Shown one piece after another: positions 31,790 through 41,677 of a stretch of DNA of 64,000 nt (position 1 is its first letter; each line of letters opens with the position of its first letter). The stretch is from an uncultured Verrucomicrobiae bacterium. Lineage in GTDB: Bacteria; Verrucomicrobiota; Verrucomicrobiia; Chthoniobacterales; UBA10450. The notes under the pieces are model-generated. The model was not told the origin of the DNA. It did no database searches and saw nothing but the letters and a program-made list of their open reading frames with translations. Both the position numbers and the translations under genes were made by a program. The stretch is from positions 1,280,001 to 1,344,000 of the forward strand of contig CAVYXA010000001.1 of the NCBI GenBank assembly GCA_963772365.1, given 5' to 3'.

Positions 31790-32221
31790 ATGCAGAAAAT
31801 TGGATTTGCCGAAGCTCTCGACTCCATCGTCGCGAGCGATCAGCGCTATCAACGGGAGGCTTACGTCTTTCTGCGGGACGCGCTCGATTTCACGACTAAA
31901 CAGCAAAAGCGAGCGCGGGGCGCGACCGTCCGCCACGTTTCGGGACCGGAATTGCTCGATGGCGTGCGCCAATATGCTCTGAAAGAGTTTGGACCGATGG
32001 TAATGACGGTGTTCGATGCCTGGGGAGTTCATTGCACGGAAGACATTGGGCACATGGTTTTTAATCTGATCAGTGCCGGCATTTTCGGAAAGACAGCGGA
32101 AGATTCGATCGAGGATTTTAAAAACGTGTATGATTTCGAAGAAGCTTTCGTTAAACCATTCGCACCAGAAAAACCTGTCACTCCGCAGCGGAAGCCAGGT
32201 TTTCCCGCGCCAAAATCTTAG
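31790..32221 (+). CDS. Minf_1886-type (Verrucomicrobia/Planctomycetes-restricted) protein
   Basis: RYQREAYVFL..ALD, RHVSGPELL..FGPM..VFDAWG..TEDIG..VFNLI..FGKT..DSIEDF. Confidence 0.8.
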   Translation: MQKIGFAEALDSIVASDQRYQREAYVFLRDALDFTTKQQKRARGATVRHVSGPELLDGVRQYALKEFGPMVMTVFDAWGVHCTEDIGHMVFNLISAGIFGKTAEDSIEDFKNVYDFEEAFVKPFAPEKPVTPQRKPGFPAPKS

Positions 32222-32266
32222 CCAATCCGCCCCGCCACTACTTGAAACGGAGCGTGTTAACAAATC

Positions 32267-34940
32267 ATGAGAGGTTGTGAAGCGGCGGGGCTGATGGCGG
32301 TAATTATGTTTACTGTTTCCAATCTCAATGCCGCCCAGCCCAAGGAATCGGCGGTTATAACCGTTCCGCCGAGCACAGCTACAAAATGGGTTTTGCCGGA
32401 TGGATTGACCGTCATCGTGCAGGAAGACCACAGCGCGCCGGTGGCGAGCGTGCAAGCCTGGTGCGCAACCGGCAGCATCGACGAGGCCGACCATCTGGGA
32501 GCCGGTTTGTCGCACATTCTTGAGCACATGCTGTTCAAAGGCACAAAGAGAAGATCGACAAATGCAATTGCCCAGAAAATTCAGGACGTCGGCGGCTACA
32601 TCAACGCCTACACCTCCTTCGATCGCACGGTTTTTTGGATCGACGTTCCAAAAGAGGGCGTCTCCACCGCTCTGGATGTGTTGGCCGATGCCATGATGAA
32701 TTCAACGTTGCCGCCGAACGAGTACATGAAAGAACAGGAAGTGATCCGGCGCGAGTTTGCCATGGGTATGGATGACCCGGACCGAATGGTCGGCCAGCTT
32801 TTGTTCGCGACCGCTTACCAGAAGCATCCCTATCGCTTTCCGGTCATTGGCGAGATGGAAATCTATAACCAGCTCAGCCAGCAACAGGTGATGGAGTATT
32901 ACAAGAAGCGATACGTGCCGAACAATCTCACCTTCATCGTGGTCGGCGATGTCGATACTGAAAAAGTCCATCAGCAATTGGCTGATTTCTTCAAGAGTTA
33001 TCCAGAAAAATCGATCACGCCGATATTCATTCCGGCCGAGCCGCCACAGCTTGGCCGGCGGGAAGTGCATAACGAGTTTCCCACGGAGCTGACCCGGCTG
33101 TCGATGGCGTGGCATATTCCGGGGATCACAGACCCGGACGTTCCCGCGCTCGATGTTCTTTCGACGGTTCTCGGCGAAGGACGCAGCTCGCGATTGTATC
33201 GAAGGGTTCGCGAAGAAGCCGGTCTCGCTTACGGGATTTCGGCGTTTTCCTACACGCCAGGAGAGCCCGGTTTGCTCGGCATCGAAGCGACTGTCGATCC
33301 TAAAAATCGCCAGTCGGCGGAGAATTTAATCTTACAGATCATCGACGAGGTCAAAAACGGAGGCGTCATGGCCGATGAACTAACCAAGTCGAAGAAAATT
33401 TCTCTCAGTCACCAGCTCGATGCCCTAACAACGATGCGAGGGCAGGCGAGCGATATCGGTTCGAACTGGCTGTTGACGCGCAATCTGAATTTTAGTCGGG
33501 ATTATCTCGACGCTCTGCAAAAGGTGACGGTGGAGGACGTTCGCCGAGTAGCAGGAAAATATCTCACCGGATGACAATTTAACCGTCGTCTCGTTAAATC
33601 CGAAGGGAAGCTTGGCCGGCAAAGGCGAGGCCGCGAAAGCAGATTGAAGCCGGGCGAGATCCAAAAATTCGAACTGTCGAACGGCCTGCGTCTCCTGGTT
33701 CGGGAAGATTCGCGTCTGCCATTGGTGTCGATCTCAGCGGTATTTCGCGGTGGGCTATTGGCCGAGACGGCTCAGGACAACGGAATTACCCGGCTGATGG
33801 CCCGGACACTTCTCAAAGGAACTAAGACTCGCACGGCGGAGCAGATTGCTAATCAAATCGAGGCGGTTGGTGGCGCCATCGGCAGCGACGCCGGCAATAA
33901 CAGTTTCAGCGTTTCACTTCACATTATGAAGGCGGACCTGAAATTGGGCTCCGATATTTTGGCTGATGTATTACTCAATGCCACGATGCCGGAGAAGGCG
34001 GTCGCGCGCGAAAAAGAAGTGCAAATCGCCGGGATTAAAGAGGAAGAGGAAAGGCTAACCTCGGTGGCTCGCAATATCCTGCGCCAGGCGCTTTTTGTCG
34101 ATCATCCTTATGCGCTTCGCGGCAACGGCACCGTTGAATCGGTTCAACATCTGACTCAAAAAGATCTGCTCGAGTTTCGCGATCGCTACCTCGTGGCGAA
34201 GAACGGCGTCATTTCCGTTTTTGGAGATGTCAAAGCGGCAGAAGTAAAAAAATTATTCGAGCTGCTGCTGGGTAAGATGAAAGCTGGCGGTCTCGCCCTT
34301 GCCGAGGCGAGTCCACCTCCGCGCTTGAAGGAGGTCGAGACTGTTCAGAGCGTCAAAGACAAAGCGCAGGCGGTAATCATGGTTGGTTATCGCGGGCGTG
34401 GACATTTTCGATCCGGATCGATACGCGCTCGATCTCATCGACGAAGCCAGCAGCGATCTCGGCTCGCGGTTTTTCATTCGCATTCGTGAAGAAATGGGAC
34501 TGGCGTATTACGTAGGCGCGAGCCAGATGCAGGGACTGGTCCCGGGCTTGTTCGCATTTTATCTCGGCACTGATCCGCAAAAGGTTGCGCCGGTAAAAAC
34601 GGCGTTGCTTGATGAGATCAAGAAGCTCGCCAGCCAAGGTTTGTCCGAAGAAGAATTGATGCGAGCCAAGAAGAAATTGATCGGACAACAGGAGATCGCA
34701 AACCAGAGCAACGATTCGTTTGGCCAGCAGGCCGCTCTCGATGAGCTTTACGGGCTCGGGTTCAATCATTACAAAGAGCTGGAATCCAAGGTGAACGCCG
34801 TGTCCATGGAAGATATCGAACGCGTAGCCGCGAAATATTTTCGCGATCAACCATATGTCTTGGCCTCTGTACATCCGAGCGTCTCCGCCGGGAATCCGGC
34901 GGCCAGACCACCGAAGGCAGCAGCGCCGAAAAAGAAATAG
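32267..34940 (+). CDS. M16 (pitrilysin-family) zinc protease, split by about three frameshifts
   Basis: HILEHMLFKG HxxEH motif, NAYTSFDRT; the second half continues across breaks near 33570, 33643 and 34395. Confidence 0.9.
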
Positions 34941-34959
34941 AATGATTTCAAGGTACACT

Positions 34960-35040
34960 GTCCTCATCCTCACCTTCTCCCACTGGGAGAAGGAACCTCT
35001 CTCACGCCGGGAGAGACGGACGCGAAGCGCCAGTGAGGGC
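34960..35040. repeat. CCTCA..TCTCCC/GGGAGA..TGAGGG palindromic repeat
   Basis: gtcctcatcctcaccttctccc-act-gggagaagg ... ctctc..gggagaga..gtgagggc. Confidence 0.65.
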
Positions 35041-35070
35041 AAAACAAAAGCGGGCTGTTCGCTGTAGAAT

Positions 35071-35538
35071 ATGGCTGAAGTACAATCAGGACAAACAATG
35101 GGCGAGCTTTCCCAGCGCTTCATCGAGTTTGTGATGATGCATGCGCAAAACGCTGCGCTCTTTCTCGGGCAAATTCCCAATCCGAAGACCGGTCAGGGCG
35201 AAGTGAATCTCGAACTGGCGAAAATGTTCATCGATCAGCTCGACATGATTCAGGAAAAAACCCGGGGCAATCTCACCAGCGAGGAAGCCACCGTGCTGCG
35301 CAATGCGATTTCCAATTTGCAGATGGCCTATGTGGAAGTTGCGCAAGGATCCTCGCAAGGTTCTGAAGGTAGGGCGCAACCGCCGGGCGCGCCGCCTGAG
35401 AGCGAAACACCGCCTCAGCCAAAAGAACCATCACCAGCCGACGTAAAATCGACAGCTGCCGAACCGGCTGCATCATCTCCGTCAGCCGAAGCGGAAACCG
35501 AATCAAAGAAGAAGTTCACTAAGAGCTACGGCCCTTAG
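35071..35538 (+). CDS. DUF1844-like protein
   Basis: ALFLGQIPNP..NLELAKMFIDQLDMIQEKTRGNLTSEE. Confidence 0.85.
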   Translation: MAEVQSGQTMGELSQRFIEFVMMHAQNAALFLGQIPNPKTGQGEVNLELAKMFIDQLDMIQEKTRGNLTSEEATVLRNAISNLQMAYVEVAQGSSQGSEGRAQPPGAPPESETPPQPKEPSPADVKSTAAEPAASSPSAEAETESKKKFTKSYGP

Positions 35539-35559
35539 CACCCGGCGTTCGCGCCTTCG

Positions 35560-36318
35560 ATGGCAATCAGAAAGTTCAGCGTAGGAATCGCGCTCGTCTT
35601 TGTTTTCGCTCTTCCAGGCATTGCCCAGGAATCTCCCACTCCGTCCGTTTCCGCGATTCCAAGCGAAACTCCTTCGCCCACGCCCGAGCCGACTCCGTCA
35701 CCCACTCTGTTCACGTTTCCAACTTCGTCGCCTTCCCCTACTCCGACGCCCGTACGAATGGTTCGGCTGAATTTCGTGCCACCGCCGATGGAAGGAAAAA
35801 TCAGCCTCGGCATTTTCGATGAGCAGGGAAAACTTGTGCGCGTTCTTTACCGCGAAGCTAACATCGACAAATTTGCCGTTGGCGCGGACTCGTTAAGCAC
35901 GACGTGGGATGGAAAAAATGACGCCGGCGAAGATTTGCCGCCGGGAAAATATCGTGCCCGCGGCTATGCGGTTGGCCAACTCAAGGTTGAGGACTTGGGA
36001 AACCCAAATGTTCCGCCGTCCAATACGGCCGATTACGTTTCGATCAAGCTCGTAGCAAATCCACTGGCAAACGATACGCGTTCGGTTGTCGATCTTGGCG
36101 TCGGGTGTGACAATGAAGGAAGCTTCATCAAAACCATGGACGGCTTGCCGCTGTTTACGGTGAGCAAGATTCCGAACCTCGTGCGGGCGTCGATCACCAA
36201 GTCGGGAGAGAAATCGGTCGTCGTTTGGCAGGGCGAAGGCGCGGCGGTCGAGCAATTTCGCGTCTCGAACATCAACCAAATGATGGGGTTCGATTGCGGC
36301 TTTTTTGAATTGAAGTAA
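35560..36318 (+). CDS. Secreted protein with PT/PS linker and FlgD Ig-like domain
   Basis: Signal peptide, (PTP) linker, SLGIFDEQGKLVRVL..WDGKNDAGEDLPPGKY. Confidence 0.8.
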   Translation: MAIRKFSVGIALVFVFALPGIAQESPTPSVSAIPSETPSPTPEPTPSPTLFTFPTSSPSPTPTPVRMVRLNFVPPPMEGKISLGIFDEQGKLVRVLYREANIDKFAVGADSLSTTWDGKNDAGEDLPPGKYRARGYAVGQLKVEDLGNPNVPPSNTADYVSIKLVANPLANDTRSVVDLGVGCDNEGSFIKTMDGLPLFTVSKIPNLVRASITKSGEKSVVVWQGEGAAVEQFRVSNINQMMGFDCGFFELK

Positions 36319-36365
36319 GTGTGCCGACACACACCAGGAACCACGCGTTCCGTTTCACTATCGTA

Positions 36366-36708
36366 TAGCGCCAAAGGCGCTGCTCACCGTTAGCCTGGGG
36401 CATCGCCCCGGGAATGGAAAGGTCCACGGCGGCAGCGCTGGAAGCGCGAATCAGTTCTCCTCTGCTAATCGATATCGTCGGCTATCCCACCCGTAGCGTT
36501 CATCGAAATCGATGCCGTGTCGGCGCAACAGCTCGCGATATTCCTCCTGAAACCTGCGAGTGCGATGGTGATCCGATTGCGTGTAGATGTATCGAAGCAC
36601 AGCCTCGAGCTGACTCGGGCTCACTGAAAACGCACCATAACCGCGCTGCCAGAAAAATAATCCTGGGGCGATACCCCAGGCTAATGGTAAAGGGCGCCTT
36701 TGGCGCTA
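36366..36708. mobile_element. Non-autonomous IR-flanked element with IS200/RAYT-type transposase remnant
   Basis: ~50-bp inverted repeats 36366-36415 and 36659-36708 (tagcgccaaaggcgc..ttagcctgggg.atcgcccc.gg). Confidence 0.8.
36451..36660 (-). pseudogene. tnpA: C-terminal half of an IS200/IS605-family Y1 transposase
   Basis: Manual translation FFWQRGYGAFSVSPSQLEAVLRYIYTQSDHHRTRRFQEEYRELLRRHGIDFDERYGWD; no start and no HUH region. Confidence 0.85.
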
Positions 36709-36820
36709 AACACGTCGCCCGGTCGTTAATCTTCTAGTTAATAGCCGGGGCATCGGCCTCTGAAATGGCTTCGCGACAAGCGCTGGTCACGATACTAAAT
36801 CTCTGCTACTTAAAACGCTC

Positions 36821-38143
36821 ATGGCTCCCAGCACGGAACTTCAACATACTCTCGGCAAACCCGCCGGATTTAGCGGCACATCATTGCATACCGGCGAAAA
36901 AGTTTCGCTAAAGCTTCACCCCGCATCGGTCGATCACGGAATCAAGTTCCGGCGCAAAGATTTGCAGGACGAACCGACAATCGACGCCAGGATCGACAGT
37001 CTCAAGACGGTCGAGCGCGCGACTACAATCGGCGAAGGCTCGGTGCGGGTGCACACGGTTGAGCACGTGCTGGCGGCGCTCTCCGCGATGGGAGTAGACA
37101 ATGCGATTGTCGAAATGGATGCCAACGAGCCGCCAATCGGCGATGGCAGTGCTGAAGCTTATGTCGATGCTATAAAACGCGCCGGTATTGTCCCCCAGGA
37201 CGCAGCCCGAAAATTTTTTGGCGTTCGCGAACCGATGCACGCCGAATCCAAGAGCGGCGCGCTTCTGATTCTGCTGCCCGACGAGAAATTTCGAATCTCC
37301 TGCACACAGGCTGGTCCGAACAATCGCTTCACTCAATTTTTCTCGACCGAGATCACTCCGGCCATTTTCGAGCGCGAAATCGCGCCAGCGCGCACATTCG
37401 TTTACTACGAGGATGTCGAACCGTTGATGCAAAAGAACCTGATCAAGGGTGGTAGTTTGGAAAATGCCATTGTCATTCGCGGCGAGTCGGTTCTGAGCAA
37501 GGAGCCGCTGCGCTTCCCGGATGAATTCGTCCGCCACAAAATTCTCGATATTCTTGGCGATCTTGCCCTGCTTGGATCCCGCATTCGCGGTCATCTCATC
37601 GCGGTCCGGCCCGGTCACGCTGTGAATGCCGAGTTGACGCGCGCGCTTGCTCGCGAGTATGCGCGAACGAGTGCGCTCTCCGTCCCGCGAGTTTTCCCAG
37701 CGGGGGAAGGCGGTCTCGATGTCAATCAGGTGATGGAGATATTGCCCCATCGTTATCCATTTTTGATGGTCGATCGGGTGATCGGTTTCGAAGGCGATAC
37801 CAAGGTGACCGCGGTAAAATCGATCTCCATTAACGAGCCTTACTTCGAAGGACATTTCCCCGGACATCCGGTGATGCCTGGCGTTCTTCAAGTCGAAGCC
37901 ATGGCGCAAACGGCGAGCATCTTGTTATTTCGATTAGCCAAAACCACGAGCCGGATCGGCTATTTCATGAGCGCCGACTCCGTGAAGTTTCGCAAGCCGG
38001 TTTTTCCCGGAGACACGCTTTTTATACATGCTGAGATTACCAAAACGCGCGGTACCAGTCTGGCCAAGGCGAAGTGTCACTGCGTGGTAAATGACACGGT
38101 TGTCTCAGAAGGAGAGTTGATGTTCACGTTTCTCGCCCCATGA
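36821..38143 (+). CDS. lpxC-fabZ: Bifunctional LpxC/FabZ
   Basis: TVEHVLAAL, PPIGDGS, RHKILDILGDL, then LPHRYPFLMVD, GHFPGHPVMPGVL. Confidence 0.96.
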   Translation: MAPSTELQHTLGKPAGFSGTSLHTGEKVSLKLHPASVDHGIKFRRKDLQDEPTIDARIDSLKTVERATTIGEGSVRVHTVEHVLAALSAMGVDNAIVEMDANEPPIGDGSAEAYVDAIKRAGIVPQDAARKFFGVREPMHAESKSGALLILLPDEKFRISCTQAGPNNRFTQFFSTEITPAIFEREIAPARTFVYYEDVEPLMQKNLIKGGSLENAIVIRGESVLSKEPLRFPDEFVRHKILDILGDLALLGSRIRGHLIAVRPGHAVNAELTRALAREYARTSALSVPRVFPAGEGGLDVNQVMEILPHRYPFLMVDRVIGFEGDTKVTAVKSISINEPYFEGHFPGHPVMPGVLQVEAMAQTASILLFRLAKTTSRIGYFMSADSVKFRKPVFPGDTLFIHAEITKTRGTSLAKAKCHCVVNDTVVSEGELMFTFLAP

Positions 38144-38147
38144 GACA

Positions 38148-38250
38148 TTGTCATTCTGATCCCGCAGTGCGGGAGAAGAATCTCAAATCATTTCCGCGTG
38201 ACTGCTCACTAAAAATAGATGGAGATGTTTCGCTTCGCTCAACATGACAA
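38148..38250. repeat. GTCAT...ATGAC REP-like element, copy 2
   Basis: ttgtcattctga..gaagaatctc ... gagatgtttcgcttcgctcaacatgacaa. Confidence 0.85.
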
Positions 38251-38301
38251 CCCGAGAAAGTGATGCCGCTCCGGATGCAGTGACGTTCGATATAAACAAC
38301 A

Positions 38302-39081
38302 ATGACTGACGTGCAGATTCATCCCACGGCGATTATCGATCCTGCGGCGGAACTCGGTGGCGGAACGATCGTCGGCCCATATTGCGTGATCGGAGCGAAT
38401 ATTTTACTCGGCGCTGATTGCTGGTTACAAAACCACGTGACCCTGGCCGGACCGATGCGAGCCGGAAACGGAAACAAGTTTTACGCCCATTGCTCGATCG
38501 GACAGCAAACCCAGGACTTAAAATACAAGGGCGAACCGACCTATCTCGAAATCGGCGATCAAAATACGTTCCGCGAGTTTGTCACCGTCAATCGCAGCAC
38601 GACCAGTGAAGGCAAAACACGCGTGGGCAGTCGCGGCAATTTTCTGGCGTATAGCCACATTGGACACGATTGCAGCGTAGGCGATGAAGTCGTTTTTTCG
38701 AATAACGGCACGCTGGCTGGGCACGTGCAAGTGGGCGACAACGCCGTCATGGGCGGACTTACCGCAGTCCATCAATTTTGCCGCATCGGCCGGTTTGCCA
38801 TCACGGGCGGCTGCTCGAAAATCGTGCAGGATGTTCCGCCGTTCATGATCGCAGATGGTAACCCGGCGGAAATTCGCGGAGTGAATGTCATCGGGCTCGA
38901 GCGAAAAAATTTCCCGCCGGAAAGTGTGAAGGTGATTAAGGAAGCGTTTCGCTTGCTCTATCGTGCTAAGCTAAACACCGCTCAGGCCATTGAGGCCATG
39001 CGACAGGAGTTGCCTGCACAAAAAGAGATTGCCGATATCATCGAGTTCATCGAGACGAGCGAGCGCGGAATTATTCGCTAA
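38302..39081 (+). CDS. lpxA: UDP-N-acetylglucosamine acyltransferase
   Basis: IHPTAII, hexapeptide repeats, QDLKY, HIGHDC, VHQFCRIG, QDVPPF. Confidence 0.96.
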   Translation: MTDVQIHPTAIIDPAAELGGGTIVGPYCVIGANILLGADCWLQNHVTLAGPMRAGNGNKFYAHCSIGQQTQDLKYKGEPTYLEIGDQNTFREFVTVNRSTTSEGKTRVGSRGNFLAYSHIGHDCSVGDEVVFSNNGTLAGHVQVGDNAVMGGLTAVHQFCRIGRFAITGGCSKIVQDVPPFMIADGNPAEIRGVNVIGLERKNFPPESVKVIKEAFRLLYRAKLNTAQAIEAMRQELPAQKEIADIIEFIETSERGIIR

Positions 39082-39093
39082 GTGTCAAAGCTT

Positions 39094-39140
39094 CTCATCC
39101 TGAGCGCGGCGAAGGGGACAATGCAACTCGCTCGCATGAC
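39094..39140. repeat. Degenerate GTCAT...ATGAC element, copy 3
   Basis: ctcatcctgagcgcggcgaagg ... ctcgctcgcatgac. Confidence 0.6.
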
Positions 39141-39152
39141 AAATTTGAGGCT

Positions 39153-40727
39153 CTATTGCTTTACCGGTGTTGGCGTTGGCGATCTTCCGCTAGCTTCGGT
39201 TTCCAAATCGCGCAGGAGCGGCGCGGCGGGAGAATCCGGCGCGACCCGCAACGTCGCCCGAATTAATTCAAGCGCTTGTTTTGGCTTCTTCAGTTTCATC
39301 CAGGCATTCGCCTCTTCCAGAACCACCCGCACAATATCATCTCGATTCGTGTAGTAGGTGCGCGCCAGATCGAAATCCCTGTTCGCAGCGGACAAATGAT
39401 CGTCACTCTCCTCTAATAACCCCAAATCCTCCATCATTGGACCGTTCTCTGCACGCATCGCGGCCTGACGCGCGGCCGGACGAAAGTCATCCGGTGTGCG
39501 GGTCGCGTTTTTGATTGCGAAATCGTGGTACATCTTCCAATCGCTCTTTGCCGAATCATGCTGTGAATCGATCTGCAGCCAGTTCGCATAGGGTCGATAC
39601 AGCGGATCTCCCACCATCACCGACATCCAAGAGAGGACTCGCATCGACATGTACGCGCTCTCGGCAAATGTGAACCCGTGAAGCAGGCGATCGTTAAGAA
39701 TATCCAGCTGCGGCGTGAATTGCAGATACGGTTCGTAAACATTGCCTACGCTGGCCGCGGCGCCTTTTGTAACTAACGGACCGACCCATCCCGACTTCGG
39801 GTCCCGCAACGTTCCGGCACTGTAAGAGTGAATGTGAACCGCAATCGCTCCCGGGAGGAAATGAAATTCCGGCTGTGCAAAAGCGCCGGCTATGTTCTCC
39901 GTGTACCAACCATAATAAAGCGCGCAATCTGTGACGGGAAAACCGTCGGGAAAAATTTGTGGGTTGTTGTCATAAACCACGGGGATTCCGACTCTGCGAC
40001 ATTGCTCCACAATTTCCGACAGCCATTTGTCCGCCACGGAAAGACCCGGCGTCGAATTACGAGCTCCATCGACATAGGCGCGACCCCACAAGCCTTTCTT
40101 CTCGGTTTTGATTGCCTCGACAATCATCTGCTTCACTGTGGCTGCGCTCGGCGCATCCAGGCGGCAAACGAGTAGCAAACCGGGATTTTGGAAATCTGCG
40201 ATCGCGCGAAAACTTTGGAAATATTCGTTAGCGATAACGCCCGAGATCTGGCGCGAGTAAGCGGCCAGCACCGCCAGCTCGGAATCGACCGAAGCTTCAT
40301 TTCGATTCCCAATCGGGTCCTGGCCTGGAGCATCACCGGGATAATCCTTCGCAGGTTGGATTTTCATGGGGACGCCTTTGATCAGAGCGACGAAACGGAT
40401 CGCGCTGCCGATTACCGAGGTCTCTCCGTCGGATTCATGCGTCGTCCACCAGCCGCGTTTTACAAAAATCTTCCGGAGCGGATCGGCGATTGTATCATCG
40501 TATTCGGCCCGGCTGATTTCCTCGTTGCTTGTGCAATTGAGGCCGATCAGGTGATCGCGTGGAATGCCACGTTGCTTGGCGTAAAATTTCGCCAAAACAA
40601 CGGATTCGGGAACCGTCTTGTTGTAAATGACGAGTGTCGATGCTGCGAGCGATTGATCGGCGCGCGCCTCGATCAGAAGCAGAAGCGGAAAAAAGAGAAG
40701 CAGAGCGAAAGATCGAAACGCGTTCAC
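39153..40727 (-). CDS. TIGR03790-type protein with C-terminal TPR-like helices
   Basis: LAKFYAKQRGIP, ASVDSELA, LVCRLD, YYGWY, GAIAVHIHSYSA, GNVYEPYL, GDPLYRP. Confidence 0.85.
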   Translation of the reverse strand: MNAFRSFALLLFFPLLLLIEARADQSLAASTLVIYNKTVPESVVLAKFYAKQRGIPRDHLIGLNCTSNEEISRAEYDDTIADPLRKIFVKRGWWTTHESDGETSVIGSAIRFVALIKGVPMKIQPAKDYPGDAPGQDPIGNRNEASVDSELAVLAAYSRQISGVIANEYFQSFRAIADFQNPGLLLVCRLDAPSAATVKQMIVEAIKTEKKGLWGRAYVDGARNSTPGLSVADKWLSEIVEQCRRVGIPVVYDNNPQIFPDGFPVTDCALYYGWYTENIAGAFAQPEFHFLPGAIAVHIHSYSAGTLRDPKSGWVGPLVTKGAAASVGNVYEPYLQFTPQLDILNDRLLHGFTFAESAYMSMRVLSWMSVMVGDPLYRPYANWLQIDSQHDSAKSDWKMYHDFAIKNATRTPDDFRPAARQAAMRAENGPMMEDLGLLEESDDHLSAANRDFDLARTYYTNRDDIVRVVLEEANAWMKLKKPKQALELIRATLRVAPDSPAAPLLRDLETEASGRSPTPTPVKQ

Positions 40728-41642
40728 TAGAGGGTCAGCTTTAAACCGTCGTAAGCAATGTGAGTGTGAGCTGGAAGACGTGACTCGGCGGCTTGCGGCA
40801 GCTCGTGGCTAACGTGCGTAAAATAGGTCTGTACCGGGCTTAACCCGCGCAGCTACCTCGAGCGCCTGGCCAATGCTGAGATGAGTGGGATGCGGTTTTT
40901 CGCGTAGAGCATCTATGATCAAGATTTTGACTCCGGCGATAAGATCGACAATCGCATCGGGCACGGCGCTGCAATCACTCAGATAAGCCACGAGCTTTTG
41001 CGGAACACAGGCGTTCTCGCCTGTGCGGATGGCGGACATTCCTGTCTGCTGTTTCTCTTCGCCAGACTCAAAGTCCGGCGGCCGCACAGACTGCAAGTCT
41101 GTGTTCCGATTCGCGCGTGAAAAGAGATAACCATTCACTACGACATCGCCATGCGGCACCGGCAATGGAGTGATCAGCGTCGATCCCAGCGCAAATGCGC
41201 CTTCAATCAGATGCGGCTCCGGTTTCAGATAATAGGGAATCAGCTTCCTGGCCTTAAACGCGAATTGAAAAACGCGCTCCAGATCACCCATCGTTTCCGG
41301 CGAGGCATAAACCGGCATCGACCCACGAGCGTGTGAAAATCGGCGGAGATCATCGAAGCCCATGATGTGGTCTGTATGCGAGTGAGTGAAAATTACCGCA
41401 TCCACCCGCCGAATATTTGCGCGCAACGCCTGCGCCCGAAAATCTGTGCCCGTGTCCACCACGAACGCGCACTCCGGTGTTTCAATGTAAATGGAGGAAC
41501 GCAGCCGTTGGTCGCGCGGATCGGACGAATGGCAGACGTCGCAATCACAGCCAATCATCGGCACGCCCTGTGACGTGCCGGTGCCAAGAAATGTGAGAAC
41601 GAACCCCGACTTGAGATTTGAAGATGCAATTGGCAAGCTCAA
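40727..41642 (-). CDS. MBL-fold metallo-hydrolase (PhnP-like), with one frameshift near 40836 and a 36-aa repeat-derived insert
   Basis: LGTGTSQGVPMIGCDCDVC, THSHTDHIMGFDDLR; the shifted frame continues QTYFTHVSH..AYDGL* to 40727. Confidence 0.9.
41001..41108. repeat. 108-bp palindromic element inserted in frame
   Basis: Terminal IR CGGAACACAG/CTGTGTTCCG with internal hairpins. Confidence 0.8.
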
Positions 41643-41677
41643 ACTTTCGACTCAACCAATCAACCTCTCAACCACCA

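Noticed and set aside
32267..34940. Programmed frameshifting or a three-gene M16 protease
   Set aside because: Breaks lack slippery-site and stimulator features and match the window-wide indel pattern (also fabD, the MBL hydrolase and GxxExxY).
36414..36737. 107-aa plus-strand ORF
   Set aside because: It is a shadow of the minus-strand transposase remnant and its repeats.
36908..37909. Long antisense ORFs (this one, 19287-20168 and others)
   Set aside because: They lie opposite well-supported genes in GC-rich DNA and show no protein motifs.
36821..38143. LpxC-FabZ fusion as a novelty
   Set aside because: This fusion is well known in several phyla.
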